A stretch of 64,000 nt of DNA, from positions 13,944 through 77,943 of the IMG/VR virus record IMGVR_UViG_3300033475_000013. One strand, written 5' to 3'. Position numbers and translations under genes: made by a program. Source of the stretch: a virus. Lineage: Duplodnaviria; Caudoviricetes. The notes under the pieces are model-generated. The model saw only the letters and a list, made by a program, of their open reading frames with translations. It was not told where the DNA came from and ran no database searches. This document shows positions 6,981 through 15,326 of this stretch, in pieces (position 1 is the stretch's first letter; each line of letters begins with the position of its first letter).

Positions 6981-7148
6981 TCATGCATTTTGTATATGAT
7001 CAATCAGAAGTTCAGTCGAAACCTTATCAGGATGAAGGCCATTACGATAAGTGATTATCCACTCATCATGCTCAGCGTCATACGTTACTGTTTTGATATT
7101 GCAGTCAGCGATCATGTCGATCAATTCTGAAATTGTTGTATTTTCCAT
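6981..7148 (-). CDS. Small hypothetical protein (55 aa)
   Basis: Manual translation MENTTISELIDMIADCNIK...IDHIQNA; fills the gap. Confidence 0.55.
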   Translation of the reverse strand: MENTTISELIDMIADCNIKTVTYDAEHDEWIITYRNGLHPDKVSTELLIDHIQNA

Positions 7149-7150
7149 AA

Positions 7151-7441
7151 TTATTCCTTTAAGGTTCCGACTTCTTTTGAGTACGCTAAAAATTTTTTCA
7201 CTTTTTCCTTCTTTAGTTCAAGTGCTGGCTGATTAATGATATGTGGAATAGCACCTTCTTTCTGTAACATCTGCATGATGGCATACAGATCATTGAATTC
7301 ATAAACTATTCTATCAGCATTCGTAAATTCTTGTCCAGGTTGAATCTCTTCCAAAGTAAACCGAAGAGCCTTTGATGCACGTTGTGATACCTCGTCACAC
7401 TCCTCCATGAGCATGATCAGCAGATGTTCTTTTCTTGTCAT
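7151..7441 (-). CDS. MazG-like NTP pyrophosphohydrolase-fold protein
   Basis: LMEECDEV...KALRF...EFNDL pattern (EExxE...ExxD). Confidence 0.65.
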   Translation of the reverse strand: MTRKEHLLIMLMEECDEVSQRASKALRFTLEEIQPGQEFTNADRIVYEFNDLYAIMQMLQKEGAIPHIINQPALELKKEKVKKFLAYSKEVGTLKE

Positions 7442-7655
7442 TTTGTTCAGCTTTATATTTTTTCAATTCTTCAAACCACTTGAGTCTTTCAGTGGCACTA
7501 TCACGCAATTCTAAATATCGTACCCACTTTTCACTTCGTGACCACAAATATTTAACTCTCAATTCTTCTAGGTAATCTTTCTGTTCTTGAATGCGCTTAT
7601 CAATGAAATCATCATCCATCAAAAGCTTCATTGCTGATTTTGATATTTCACTCAT
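7395..7655 (-). CDS. Hypothetical protein; likely start MSEISK at 7655
   Basis: ORF track 7395-7697; the internal ATG avoids a long overlap with the upstream gene. Confidence 0.55.
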   Translation of the reverse strand: MSEISKSAMKLLMDDDFIDKRIQEQKDYLEELRVKYLWSRSEKWVRYLELRDSATERLKWFEELKKYKAEQNDKKRTSADHAHGGV

Positions 7656-7830
7656 AACCAAGTATTCGTTTAGCTTCCTCCAAGGCCTCGCGGCCATCGA
7701 AAGAATTATGTTTTACTAATACACAATTTTCATCTTCAATATATTCTGTCTCCGGGTTACACTCGCACACATAGCCAACAAGGTTATGCTGCTTCTCTTC
7801 ATCAAGAGGATAAATATGAAAAATCTCCAT
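7648..7830 (-). CDS. Hypothetical protein (60 aa) with H/C residues
   Basis: ORF track; HxxxxxxxCxCxP...H pattern. Confidence 0.6.
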   Translation of the reverse strand: MEIFHIYPLDEEKQHNLVGYVCECNPETEYIEDENCVLVKHNSFDGREALEEAKRILGYE

Positions 7831-7833
7831 ACA

Positions 7834-9450
7834 TCAAAAAGGCAAATCTGGATTATCTTCACTCTGTTCTTCAGTATGATTCTCCATCACAATACTCTCG
7901 CTCGGATAGGCATCAAACAAGGATGTCTGCTGCACAGCTTCAGCCATCGGTATCAACCTGCCACCTTCATCATTAATCATCAACCGCCAGGTTGCACTCG
8001 GATCATTGATCTTACCATCCTTCACAATCCATCCTTTATTTCTAAACTCACGGATGAGTTCAGCCGTCTTATGCTTGGATGTTTTAAAATTCGATTTTAT
8101 TTCTGCTGTTAATTCTCCACCTTTCAATACGCCACCATCAAAAATCTTAATGAGGATATCACGCTTGGTATCAACCTCTGTTGCTTCAGGTGCAGGAACA
8201 CCAACAATAAGCGGAAGTGAATCAGGCTTCGGACCATGCTCCAGGTAGAACGGTTCAAACTCTTCATCACGGGCACTCTCGCATTTCACCTGGGTGATGC
8301 CAGTCTTATCATCTTTATTCAGTTCGTATGTCAGCTGAGCTTTGTTGAGTAACTCCGTTCCGATGTGTCCACGCGCATTACCATCTGTCTTATTCAAATG
8401 CAGCACTTCAATAATGTGTACATTGTATTCCAGAATTAATGATTCAAGCCACACAATCAATTCAGTCGTTTCAATCGGATCATTGATGTTGTTCATCAGA
8501 TCACGCACGCCATCAATGATGATAATCTTCGGTTTATTCTTCCAGTACTTGATGGTGTACTTGATAAAATCACGACGCTCTGCCGGCGACATACCACGCA
8601 TGAAGAAGATCGGAAGTTCAATACCAGTTAGTTTTTTTAATTTCTCGCGCATGTTCCATACGTGTGACTTTCCCTGCTCAGTATCAAAACATAGTACATC
8701 ATCAGCAGTGGCTGATTTGTTCTGAAGAAAATATTGATAGACAAGCCATACTAAAAATAAAGTCTTACGTGACTTTTTCTTTCCCAGGAGCAATGAATGG
8801 TTTCCGAGTGTAGCGACAATTATTCCGAAGATGGTGATGAGAGGAATTTCTGCTGGAGGTTGTTCGGTAAGCAGGCGCGTCTTCCAGAGTTCTTTTATTT
8901 TTGATTCATTATTTTCAACTTCAATTCCATCCTGAAGAGCTTTGATGGAGTTGAGCGATGTTTCAAGAATTTCAAAAGCATCCGTAGTATCTTCGTAAGA
9001 TTGATGATGCAGCGATGATGCAATTTCAATGATGCGCCGCTTGATGGCCATCTCCACAATGACCCTGGCGTGATATTCAATATTGGAAGCAGAAGAAACT
9101 TTAGATGTTAGCTCAGCGATGTAATAAAAGCCACCAACAATTTCGAGTTTACCTGTTTTTTTAAGATGATTACCAACTGAGCGCATATCAATTGGATCTT
9201 TCTGCTGGTGCAGATCAGAGATTGCAGTATAAATTTCTTTATGCTTCTCTGCATAGAAATGTTCGGCTAATAAAAATTTTTCTGTGATTAAAAATGCATC
9301 TTTCTCCAGCATTATGCTACCAAGAACGGCTTCCTCCATCTCGATTGCCTGTGGCGGAAGCTTACCCAATGATTCACTAATGTCTCTAGGAACCAATTTC
9401 TGATTTTTCCCTTGACTCAAGCGTAATGGTGTTTCTCTTTTACCCTCCAT
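7834..9450 (-). CDS. Replicative helicase-like protein: DnaB N-terminal domain + AAA_25/RepA-type ATPase + C-terminal helical domain
   Basis: LGKLPPQAIEMEEAVLGSIML (DnaB_N); Walker A GKKKSRKT; FDTEQ; Walker B IIIDG; HLNK...RGHIGTEL; acidic DLPF tail. Confidence 0.8.
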   Translation of the reverse strand: MEGKRETPLRLSQGKNQKLVPRDISESLGKLPPQAIEMEEAVLGSIMLEKDAFLITEKFLLAEHFYAEKHKEIYTAISDLHQQKDPIDMRSVGNHLKKTGKLEIVGGFYYIAELTSKVSSASNIEYHARVIVEMAIKRRIIEIASSLHHQSYEDTTDAFEILETSLNSIKALQDGIEVENNESKIKELWKTRLLTEQPPAEIPLITIFGIIVATLGNHSLLLGKKKSRKTLFLVWLVYQYFLQNKSATADDVLCFDTEQGKSHVWNMREKLKKLTGIELPIFFMRGMSPAERRDFIKYTIKYWKNKPKIIIIDGVRDLMNNINDPIETTELIVWLESLILEYNVHIIEVLHLNKTDGNARGHIGTELLNKAQLTYELNKDDKTGITQVKCESARDEEFEPFYLEHGPKPDSLPLIVGVPAPEATEVDTKRDILIKIFDGGVLKGGELTAEIKSNFKTSKHKTAELIREFRNKGWIVKDGKINDPSATWRLMINDEGGRLIPMAEAVQQTSLFDAYPSESIVMENHTEEQSEDNPDLPF

Positions 9451-9581
9451 AACAGATGTAAATCTTTAAAAGATGGAGATTTTGGCCTGAAAAAGAGGAA
9501 AAAGTTTTTATCATAAGCACAGTTGAGTTGAAGCCGGGGGAATGAAGGTAAAAAAGTTTCGTAACAGATGTTACTTTTGCA

Positions 9582-10091
9582 TTAATAATTTATTTTTTCA
9601 TGCCAGCACAATATCTGGCCTGAAAATGTCTTGGGATGTTTAAACCAATTTTTAAAATCTATAACTTCCAAACCATCATTATTAGCTATTTCATGGATGT
9701 AAAGATTCCTATCAGTTAATGATCGACCATCAATGTAAGTTTTACCTTCTTCACCAGAAATATCAAAATCCCAAACTTTTTTTAATTGAATATCTGGGGC
9801 AAGTATAATTTGTTTAGAATTATAAGGTCTTCCTGACCAGATGCGAGGACTAAACCAATCTCCTTCTTTCCAGCGATGACCAGCGCGAATAGTGTGATAC
9901 TTTGGTACAGCACTATAATACTCATGCCAATCCCAAAAATCATTAGCGTTATTTGGAATTTTAAAATCAGGAATGATGTCCGCTAATCCAGCATAAATTT
10001 TTTCGATAAAGAGAGTTGATTCACCTTTACGAGGATGGTATGATGGAAATTTTTGAGAGAATGTAATTACCTTACTCATCTTTATGCACAA
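9582..10091 (-). CDS. ASCH/PUA-like domain protein; start probably 10079
   Basis: KYHTIR...WKEGD...WSGRPY...IANNDG pattern resembles ASCH. Confidence 0.5.
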   Translation of the reverse strand: MCIKMSKVITFSQKFPSYHPRKGESTLFIEKIYAGLADIIPDFKIPNNANDFWDWHEYYSAVPKYHTIRAGHRWKEGDWFSPRIWSGRPYNSKQIILAPDIQLKKVWDFDISGEEGKTYIDGRSLTDRNLYIHEIANNDGLEVIDFKNWFKHPKTFSGQILCWHEKINY

Positions 10092-10260
10092 TTAATTCAT
10101 GTGGCATCAACTCATGTTCTTTCCCATCGGGATCAACAACAATAAACCTGGCGCCGAGACTTCCGTCAGCACCACGCTTATGACGCACGCGATCAATGAT
10201 ACCTTCAACCTCAGTTGATTTAATGGTGGCCTTCTTTCCTTTATAGTCTTCGAATGTCAT
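10072..10260 (-). CDS. Hypothetical protein (62 aa)
   Basis: ORF track; packed. Confidence 0.6.
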   Translation of the reverse strand: MTFEDYKGKKATIKSTEVEGIIDRVRHKRGADGSLGARFIVVDPDGKEHELMPHELIVHKDE

Positions 10261-10703
10261 TTCAGTAATGCTTTATAGTTTGTTTGTTTTAATGATTCAA
10301 AGAACGTTTGATCTTTTTCAATCTGATAGACGTATGGTAAAAATACTTCAATGAATTCAGCTTGCTCAAGACGAATTAAAGTAGCCTGTATTTCTACCCA
10401 ATCACAACAAATTTTCCATGCCGTACGCGCAGACTGTTCTGTTAGATTTTTAAGTGCCGGTGTTGATAATCGCTTGTATGACTTTTTCAACGCCTGATAC
10501 ACGTTATCAACTTTAGCAGGAAGTTTAAAAGGAACAGATGAACCGTTAACTAAAACCATGAAAGAGATAGATACTAACTGTCCATCTTTGTAATTTTTGT
10601 TAATATGATCTGCACCAATAGAGACGAGTATTTCTTCAATTCGAGCAACTGACTTTGATGCCGCAACGGTAGAAGTATAATTCTTGATATTTATTTTAGT
10701 CAT
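10257..10703 (-). CDS. Conserved-type phage hypothetical protein (148 aa)
   Basis: NYTSTV...IEEIL...FKLP...RTAW...DW...EVFLPY pattern; 4-nt overlaps. Confidence 0.75.
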   Translation of the reverse strand: MTKINIKNYTSTVAASKSVARIEEILVSIGADHINKNYKDGQLVSISFMVLVNGSSVPFKLPAKVDNVYQALKKSYKRLSTPALKNLTEQSARTAWKICCDWVEIQATLIRLEQAEFIEVFLPYVYQIEKDQTFFESLKQTNYKALLK

Positions 10704-10930
10704 ACAAAAAACATTTCAGTGATTACATATTTACTTCCTTCAACTTTATTATTCTCTATCCACATGAGACAGGCATCAAACGCAGTAGCATTATCTTCCA
10801 GGATCGGATCAAATGGTGCCTCATACAAAATATTAAAACATGACTTTGATGGAGCGGGCGTATTACCTAGCAAAATTATTTCTGACTTCTTCTGCTGATA
10901 TTCGATGACACAATATTTCCACTCCATCAA
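10700..10930 (-). CDS. Hypothetical protein (76 aa)
   Basis: ORF track; ATGA overlaps. Confidence 0.6.
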   Translation of the reverse strand: MMEWKYCVIEYQQKKSEIILLGNTPAPSKSCFNILYEAPFDPILEDNATAFDACLMWIENNKVEGSKYVITEMFFV

Positions 10931-11289
10931 TTATCGCGTTCATCGTTATACTCCTCCTCCTCTTTGTCCTCCTCTGATTCAACAGGAACGTGAGCAGCTA
11001 ATTTTTTATTAGCCTTCTCCATAAAATCCTTAACATCCCAGGAAGTGATCGGTGCGAGTGCTAATCGTTTCGCATAATTACGCGCAGTCTCTTCATCGAT
11101 TGGATTGAGTGCGTAGATAGCAGATGGATTCAATAACCGTGTGAATGCTGGATTGGTATCATTCTCTGGTACATCAACCTGAAGGAATGCAGCGCCACCA
11201 AGATTACGTTCCGTTACACGTCCTGCTATTTTTTGATGTCCAAATAATTCAACCAGACACCAAACGTCAAATTTTTGTTCGTCTTGCAT
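10927..11289 (-). CDS. Conserved-type phage hypothetical protein (120 aa)
   Basis: WCLVELFGHQKIAGRVTE...VDVPE...SAIYALNP; acidic tail. Confidence 0.7.
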   Translation of the reverse strand: MQDEQKFDVWCLVELFGHQKIAGRVTERNLGGAAFLQVDVPENDTNPAFTRLLNPSAIYALNPIDEETARNYAKRLALAPITSWDVKDFMEKANKKLAAHVPVESEEDKEEEEYNDERDN

Positions 11290-11302
11290 ATTGATTTAAA
11301 GT

Positions 11303-11791
11303 TTAGTCATTACTGGATGATCCACAATCTGATGATGATGAATCGGAAGATGAAAAGTCGGAACTACCGGAATTGTCACTCCATGAATCACTGCTGCCTC
11401 CGCCACCGAAAGAACCACCACCTCCATGGTCCGAGTGATGTTCGATATGATGATGTGGAGGTATGTCTTCATTCATCATACTATTGATGATGATTGATTG
11501 CTCTGGAAGACTTATAATTGGCACATCATCTTCCTTTCGAATAGGAACAGAACGAATATCGTCTTTATTTTTCTTACGCTCTTGTTCTTTGTTAGCCGGA
11601 TGAAAGTGGATTTGTTTAGCTTGTGCTATCTTTATCCTATATTCTGAATCTGCAAAATGCATAGCCTCATCAACATCAGACTGACGGTACTGTTTGAAAA
11701 CTTTGATTTCATTGTCTACTTTTTTTGAAGACTTAATGATGAAATAAACAATAACTGCGACAAGCAATAAAAATAGAATGACGTATACCAT
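11303..11791 (-). CDS. Membrane-anchored protein with Gly/Ser/Asp-rich tail
   Basis: N-terminal TM segment VYVILFLLLVAVIVYFII; C-terminal GGGGSFGGGGSSDSW...SSDSSSSD. Confidence 0.75.
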   Translation of the reverse strand: MVYVILFLLLVAVIVYFIIKSSKKVDNEIKVFKQYRQSDVDEAMHFADSEYRIKIAQAKQIHFHPANKEQERKKNKDDIRSVPIRKEDDVPIISLPEQSIIINSMMNEDIPPHHHIEHHSDHGGGGSFGGGGSSDSWSDNSGSSDFSSSDSSSSDCGSSSND

Positions 11792-11825
11792 AAAAGTTAC
11801 ATTTGTTAATATTATGACATTTAAT

Positions 11826-11833
11826 TAAATTTG
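11826..11833 (+). promoter_or_regulatory. Bacteroidota -7 promoter box
   Basis: TAAATTTG 5 nt upstream of ATG 11839. Confidence 0.55.
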
Positions 11834-11838
11834 CGCTT

Positions 11839-12084
11839 ATGGCTAAGAAAGACAAAATTTCATCAATCATATCCCTTCGCGCATTATGTGAGAAAGCTGA
11901 GATCATCCATCACCGTGTGTACCATGCTCTGAAAGGAACGCACAAATCATCTTACAAACCTCTGGAGCACATTGAGAAAACAAAACTGGCTAACACTATT
12001 TATAATGAGATAACACCAATGCTTAAAGCGTTAGGCTTTGGCATTACCATTCACCGGATTAAAGATCCAACTCTGGAGCCGTAG
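11839..12084 (+). CDS. Small possible HTH regulator (81 aa)
   Basis: Lone plus-strand gene with its own -7 box; SLRALCEKAEIIHHRVYHALKG resembles an HTH. Confidence 0.55.
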   Translation: MAKKDKISSIISLRALCEKAEIIHHRVYHALKGTHKSSYKPLEHIEKTKLANTIYNEITPMLKALGFGITIHRIKDPTLEP

Positions 12085-12619
12085 CCTTGTCCTCTTCATC
12101 CATAAAGGATGTTGATGTCTTCTTTTTCTTCTCTCCCTTTTCAACACGAAGAATTGGCTTGTGTTGGTTGATCTGATCAATCGACATCTCTTTAGTGTAC
12201 TGCGGCCACTCAGCACCGACAATATCGACACCAACCATTAATGAATATTCAGGATATGGAATAATGTACACTGGAATACCTTCTTCTTTAAAGCCTTGAT
12301 CAAGCTGTTTGTCAGCAAAGGCACGATTTGCTTTTAGTGCTTTCAAACCTTTAGTTGGATGAATAGTAATTCCAACAGGCTGAAGTTCGCCATCAATGCC
12401 AGGCGTACCTTCTTTGATGTAGTCCATGAATTCTTTCTTCAGTTCTTCCAGTTTGTCAATAGCACGGGATGCCATCGATGACTGGCGCTCAAGTTCATGA
12501 GTCTCTTCTTCTCCGAGATTTATTTTCTCTACATGCTGAATCACTTCAGCGGCATTTGATTTGATCCATTCAGCCAGGGCCTCATAGGTTGATGTTTGTG
12601 ATACGCAGCGGTGTCGCAT
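12059..12619 (-). CDS. Hypothetical protein (186 aa)
   Basis: ORF track; starts 2 nt after the upstream stop. Confidence 0.75.
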   Translation of the reverse strand: MRHRCVSQTSTYEALAEWIKSNAAEVIQHVEKINLGEEETHELERQSSMASRAIDKLEELKKEFMDYIKEGTPGIDGELQPVGITIHPTKGLKALKANRAFADKQLDQGFKEEGIPVYIIPYPEYSLMVGVDIVGAEWPQYTKEMSIDQINQHKPILRVEKGEKKKKTSTSFMDEEDKATAPELDL

Positions 12620-12621
12620 AG

Positions 12622-12831
12622 TTAATTTTGTTTAGTTTGAATGTTCTTAATGTTGTCACGTATTTTCTTAAGGTGCTCATCAAGCAGCGTGAGCAATTGT
12701 TTTTTCTCGGATGCATCAATAACGTCTGACTTACCATCTAATGCAGCACATACTTTAACATAAGTCCATCGTTTACCATGCAGGCGGATCAAATCCTTGT
12801 AAAAAGCGTTTCGGTTGATGTAATTATCCAT
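12622..12831 (-). CDS. Small hypothetical protein, possibly DNA binding (69 aa)
   Basis: First gene of the leftward unit; helical and basic. Confidence 0.6.
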   Translation of the reverse strand: MDNYINRNAFYKDLIRLHGKRWTYVKVCAALDGKSDVIDASEKKQLLTLLDEHLKKIRDNIKNIQTKQN

Positions 12832-12836
12832 GGCGA

Positions 12837-12844
12837 CAAATCTA
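12837..12844 (-). promoter_or_regulatory. Bacteroidota -7 promoter box
   Basis: Minus strand TAGATTTG 5 nt before the ATG at 12831. Confidence 0.55.
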
Positions 12845-12960
12845 AATTTAAAATTTGAAATAAAAAATTTGAAATTTATTTTTTATTAAGATTCTTTTTA
12901 TTTGATTTGTACCACGCAATCAGAAACTAACAAGAGAACATCACTCTTAAATACTTTATT

Positions 12961-13818
12961 ATGAGCCAACTCCAGAAATTTGAACAAGCCATTAAAGAGG
13001 CTAAATCTGTTAAAGAACTTTTTACACTTCCTGATGTAAGAGATCGTTTTATTAAAAATTATCAAAGTGTCACCAATCGAGATGATGGTGAGAACAGATT
13101 GGAACAGGAGCGATTCGCTTACCTACAGATCATTGCCGATAAGCCAGACCTGCAAAAAGTTGATAATTTTTTTCATGTCGCAGCTTTGATCTATGCTGGT
13201 ACAACTGGGCTGAGCTTCCGCGACAATAAGCTTTATGTGCGCTCAAATGGTAAGGGAGGACTGAAAGTTGATTCAAGTCCTGCTGGTAAACGTGAAATGT
13301 TCCACATGATGCCAACTGTAAAGGATGTTCCTGAAGGTGTTATTGTGTATATGGGTGATCATTTCGTTCATGATAAACGGAACCATTGTGTGAAAGAACA
13401 CTGGAGCACAGATAAGACAAAAGAACTCAATAACATCGATAACATCAGGGCCACGTATCAAACTATTACTTATAAAGATGGTACAGCAAAAGATGTGGTC
13501 GTTTATAATGATGAGATCAGGAAGGCTATGGCGAAGAGCCCGATGCAGGGAGATAAGTCTACCTGGGCAACCTGGACGGCAGAGATGGCGAAGAAGACAG
13601 CAATGAACAGAGCATTCCGCTTGTACCATCACTATCCTGACAATGTGGTACTGTATGGTCCATCTGTTGAAGCTGAAGATATTTCGCATGAAGATGTTAC
13701 TATCATGCCAGATGCACCGGTTTACTCTACTGATGGAGAAGAGGTTGACACTACTACAGGTGAGGTAATAAATCCTCTTCCTGATGCGAAAGAGTCATCG
13801 CCAAAAAGTTTCATGTAA
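12961..13818 (+). CDS. recT: RecT/Red-beta family single-strand annealing protein
   Basis: AALIYAGTTGLS region and W..W..EMAKKTAMNRAF motif; acidic C-terminal tail with VDTTTGEV. Confidence 0.8.
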   Translation: MSQLQKFEQAIKEAKSVKELFTLPDVRDRFIKNYQSVTNRDDGENRLEQERFAYLQIIADKPDLQKVDNFFHVAALIYAGTTGLSFRDNKLYVRSNGKGGLKVDSSPAGKREMFHMMPTVKDVPEGVIVYMGDHFVHDKRNHCVKEHWSTDKTKELNNIDNIRATYQTITYKDGTAKDVVVYNDEIRKAMAKSPMQGDKSTWATWTAEMAKKTAMNRAFRLYHHYPDNVVLYGPSVEAEDISHEDVTIMPDAPVYSTDGEEVDTTTGEVINPLPDAKESSPKSFM

Positions 13819-13824
13819 AGATAT

Positions 13825-13901
13825 TGGGCATTTGAATAAAATAAAGTTCGCGTAGAGTGATAAAAGCTTTATGAGTGTCGGTGAGAACCCGGCATGCCCT
13901 G
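13825..13901 (+). ncRNA. tRNA-like cloverleaf, non-canonical
   Basis: GGGCAT/ATGCCC acceptor; GAAT/GTTC D stem; 8-bp anticodon-like stem with GATAAAA loop; GTCGG-TGAGAAC-CCGGC T arm. Confidence 0.55.
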
Positions 13902-13905
13902 AAAT

Positions 13906-14171
13906 AAAGTATCCTGCTTGAAGATAAACAACGAGTGCAGATTACAAACTCACTATAGCCAAGGCTAGTAAACTGTTCTAGCAGTTAATGTTTATTGTAG
14001 AGGTAGTTTTATGAATAGATTCATGTAACAGTGTCCAGCGGCAAAGGGATTGGGGCGGCGATGCTCATGAACGTGATACCGTATATAATCTAGGATAGCC
14101 ATTGTTGAGACCTAGATGTAAATGGGCTTGAGATTAAGATTATTCCACTAGAAAATTGGACAGGATATTTT
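13906..14171 (+). ncRNA. Candidate structured non-coding RNA
   Basis: Closing stem AAGTATCCTG/CAGGATATTT; ATAAACA/TGTTTAT junction with three hairpins; ATCTAGG/CCTAGAT hairpin with a possible pseudoknot; no ORF. Confidence 0.5.
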
Positions 14172-14184
14172 TAATTAAAAAATT

Positions 14185-14370
14185 ATGGATGAATTCATCA
14201 AATTAGCTGAAGAGATGCGTGATGCGCAGAAGAATTACTTCAAAGCCAGACGCAATCATGATGACGAAAAATCTCAATACTATCTGGCCTTATCAAAAAG
14301 ACTGGAAGGTGAGTTTGATGCTTTCATTTTGAAGTATAAGAAGGATAAAGAGCAACCTAAATTGTTTTGA
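14185..14370 (+). CDS. Hypothetical protein (61 aa)
   Basis: ORF track; A-rich start context. Confidence 0.7.
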   Translation: MDEFIKLAEEMRDAQKNYFKARRNHDDEKSQYYLALSKRLEGEFDAFILKYKKDKEQPKLF

Positions 14371-14373
14371 TGT

Positions 14374-14613
14374 ATGGAATTAATTGAAGGAATGGGCAAT
14401 GAAACGATGCCGAGTGTTATAAAAGATCCATTCAATAAAAACAAAATTGAAATGGTTGCCATTTACCTAATGAAAAGTATGTTTGATGACAAGTATAATG
14501 CTTCCGGTAAAATAAAGTTTAAAAATGGAAATACCGTTGGAGAGCAGGAATTTACAGGAAAATCAATTGATGACATTATCATTCAAATGAAAGCAGTTCT
14601 TAAAGATTTGTAA
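14374..14613 (+). CDS. Hypothetical protein (79 aa)
   Basis: ORF track; packed. Confidence 0.7.
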   Translation: MELIEGMGNETMPSVIKDPFNKNKIEMVAIYLMKSMFDDKYNASGKIKFKNGNTVGEQEFTGKSIDDIIIQMKAVLKDL

Positions 14614-14625
14614 ACCAAAAATAAT

Positions 14626-15102
14626 ATGGAATTAAACGAGAACATTCTAAAAGAAATCAATAAGCAGTTGCCTCAATTGGCCGCTACTGAATTAGTGACA
14701 TTTATTGAAGATGCAAAAGGAACAAAAAAACTCCTTGAAGTAACTCAGCAAAATGTAAAAACAATGCAGGCGGAACTTAGTGCACTTCGCGAAAAGGAAT
14801 CTAAGTTTAATAATGCGACTAAAATGATGGAAGATGCTGAAAAACTTTCTAAAACAGCAGACGCACGGCAGGCTGATATGGAGTTGACACTAACAAAAGA
14901 AAAGCTTTCACAGCGTGATTTTGTGATTCAGAAATTCGAAGGTTTCCTGTCACTGCTTGTTAAAAATCCAAGAGCCATTGAAATGATTTCCGGAAGTGAG
15001 AACTTCTCTAATTCAACTTATTATGACGGATCAAGAAATGTTAGAGAACACCTCCATTCTTCAACTTCATCACAATCAGAAAAGATTGAAACAAAAGACT
15101 AA
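14626..15102 (+). CDS. Coiled-coil hypothetical protein (158 aa)
   Basis: ORF track; heptad-rich. Confidence 0.7.
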   Translation: MELNENILKEINKQLPQLAATELVTFIEDAKGTKKLLEVTQQNVKTMQAELSALREKESKFNNATKMMEDAEKLSKTADARQADMELTLTKEKLSQRDFVIQKFEGFLSLLVKNPRAIEMISGSENFSNSTYYDGSRNVREHLHSSTSSQSEKIETKD

Positions 15103-15320
15103 TGCAACTCGAAAAAACTTTCACCGACAGCAAAACAGTATCTGGTATCCGCTACAATCCAGAAACCAAAGTTTTATCCATCACCTACGTAACGGGCAAG
15201 ACTTACGACTATGCAGATGTGCCTGAACGTGTTGTTGATCATGCTATGAACGCTGAGTCTATCGGAAAATTCGTCAACACCTACATCAAAGAAGAATATA
15301 AATACAAACTTGTTAATTAA
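15102..15320 (+). CDS. KTSC domain protein
   Basis: SKTVSGIRYNPETKVLSITYVTGKTYDYADVP...AESIGKFVNTYIK matches the KTSC pattern. Confidence 0.85.
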   Translation: MQLEKTFTDSKTVSGIRYNPETKVLSITYVTGKTYDYADVPERVVDHAMNAESIGKFVNTYIKEEYKYKLVN

Positions 15321-15326
15321 TTTGTT

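Noticed and set aside
13825-13901. Functional tRNA-Leu(UAA)
   Set aside because: Position 33 is not U, the D loop lacks GG, the T loop is not TTC, and the anticodon stem is over-long; kept only as tRNA-like
13825-14171. tmRNA, RNase P RNA or group I intron
   Set aside because: No G3-U70 alanine acceptor or CCA end and no hydrophobic tag ORF; AGAACCCGGC is present but the GAGGAAAGUCC partner of RNase P P4 is not; no P7 core and no interrupted gene
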